A stretch of DNA of 64,000 nt from Gammaproteobacteria bacterium. Its GTDB lineage: Bacteria > Pseudomonadota > Gammaproteobacteria > Eutrophobiales > Eutrophobiaceae. Made by a program: the position numbers and the translations under genes. Below, one piece after another: positions 63,934 through 64,000 of the stretch; position 1 is the stretch's first letter, and every line of letters starts with the position of its first letter. Under the pieces are notes generated by a model, which was not told where the DNA came from, did not search any database, and saw only the letters and a list, made by a program, of their open reading frames with translations. The stretch spans positions 3,424,001-3,488,000 of the forward strand of contig OZ220696.1 of assembly GCA_965116495.1 (NCBI GenBank). The letters are read 5' to 3'.

Positions 63934-64000
63934 ACCTGCTATTATACTAAAATGTAAGGTATCCTTACAATACTGATATTCAATCACGCAGCAGAGAATC

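Overview
Probably gammaproteobacterial DNA; I saw no rRNA, tRNA or CRISPR array. About 36 kb (c. 1.5-37 kb) forms one gaseous-hydrocarbon catabolic region. It holds a four-component group-4-type alkene monooxygenase (etnABCD-like) and an epoxyalkane:coenzyme M transferase. It also holds both (R)- and (S)-hydroxypropyl-CoM dehydrogenases, 2-ketopropyl-CoM carboxylase, bacterial CoM biosynthesis genes, CoA-handling enzymes, a TRAP transporter, a FadL channel and an HTH_17-MEDS regulator. Converging on this operon is a divergent copper membrane monooxygenase operon (C-A-B-D), followed by a multicopper oxidase, a cupredoxin with EGxCG repeats and a GDCCVxC protein missing from the ORF track. A 10-bp-phased TTATGGATAA-like direct repeat recurs in the promoter regions of both the CoM/alkene units and the CuMMO operon, suggesting one regulon with two unrelated monooxygenases. 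The rest contains an sNOR-type NO reductase cluster, boxCB, a type I R-M operon with YhcG and a large PIN protein, AOR, amidase, MarR, hicBA, and several MITE/REP families. All family calls come from motif recognition and recalled sequences; no database search was run.
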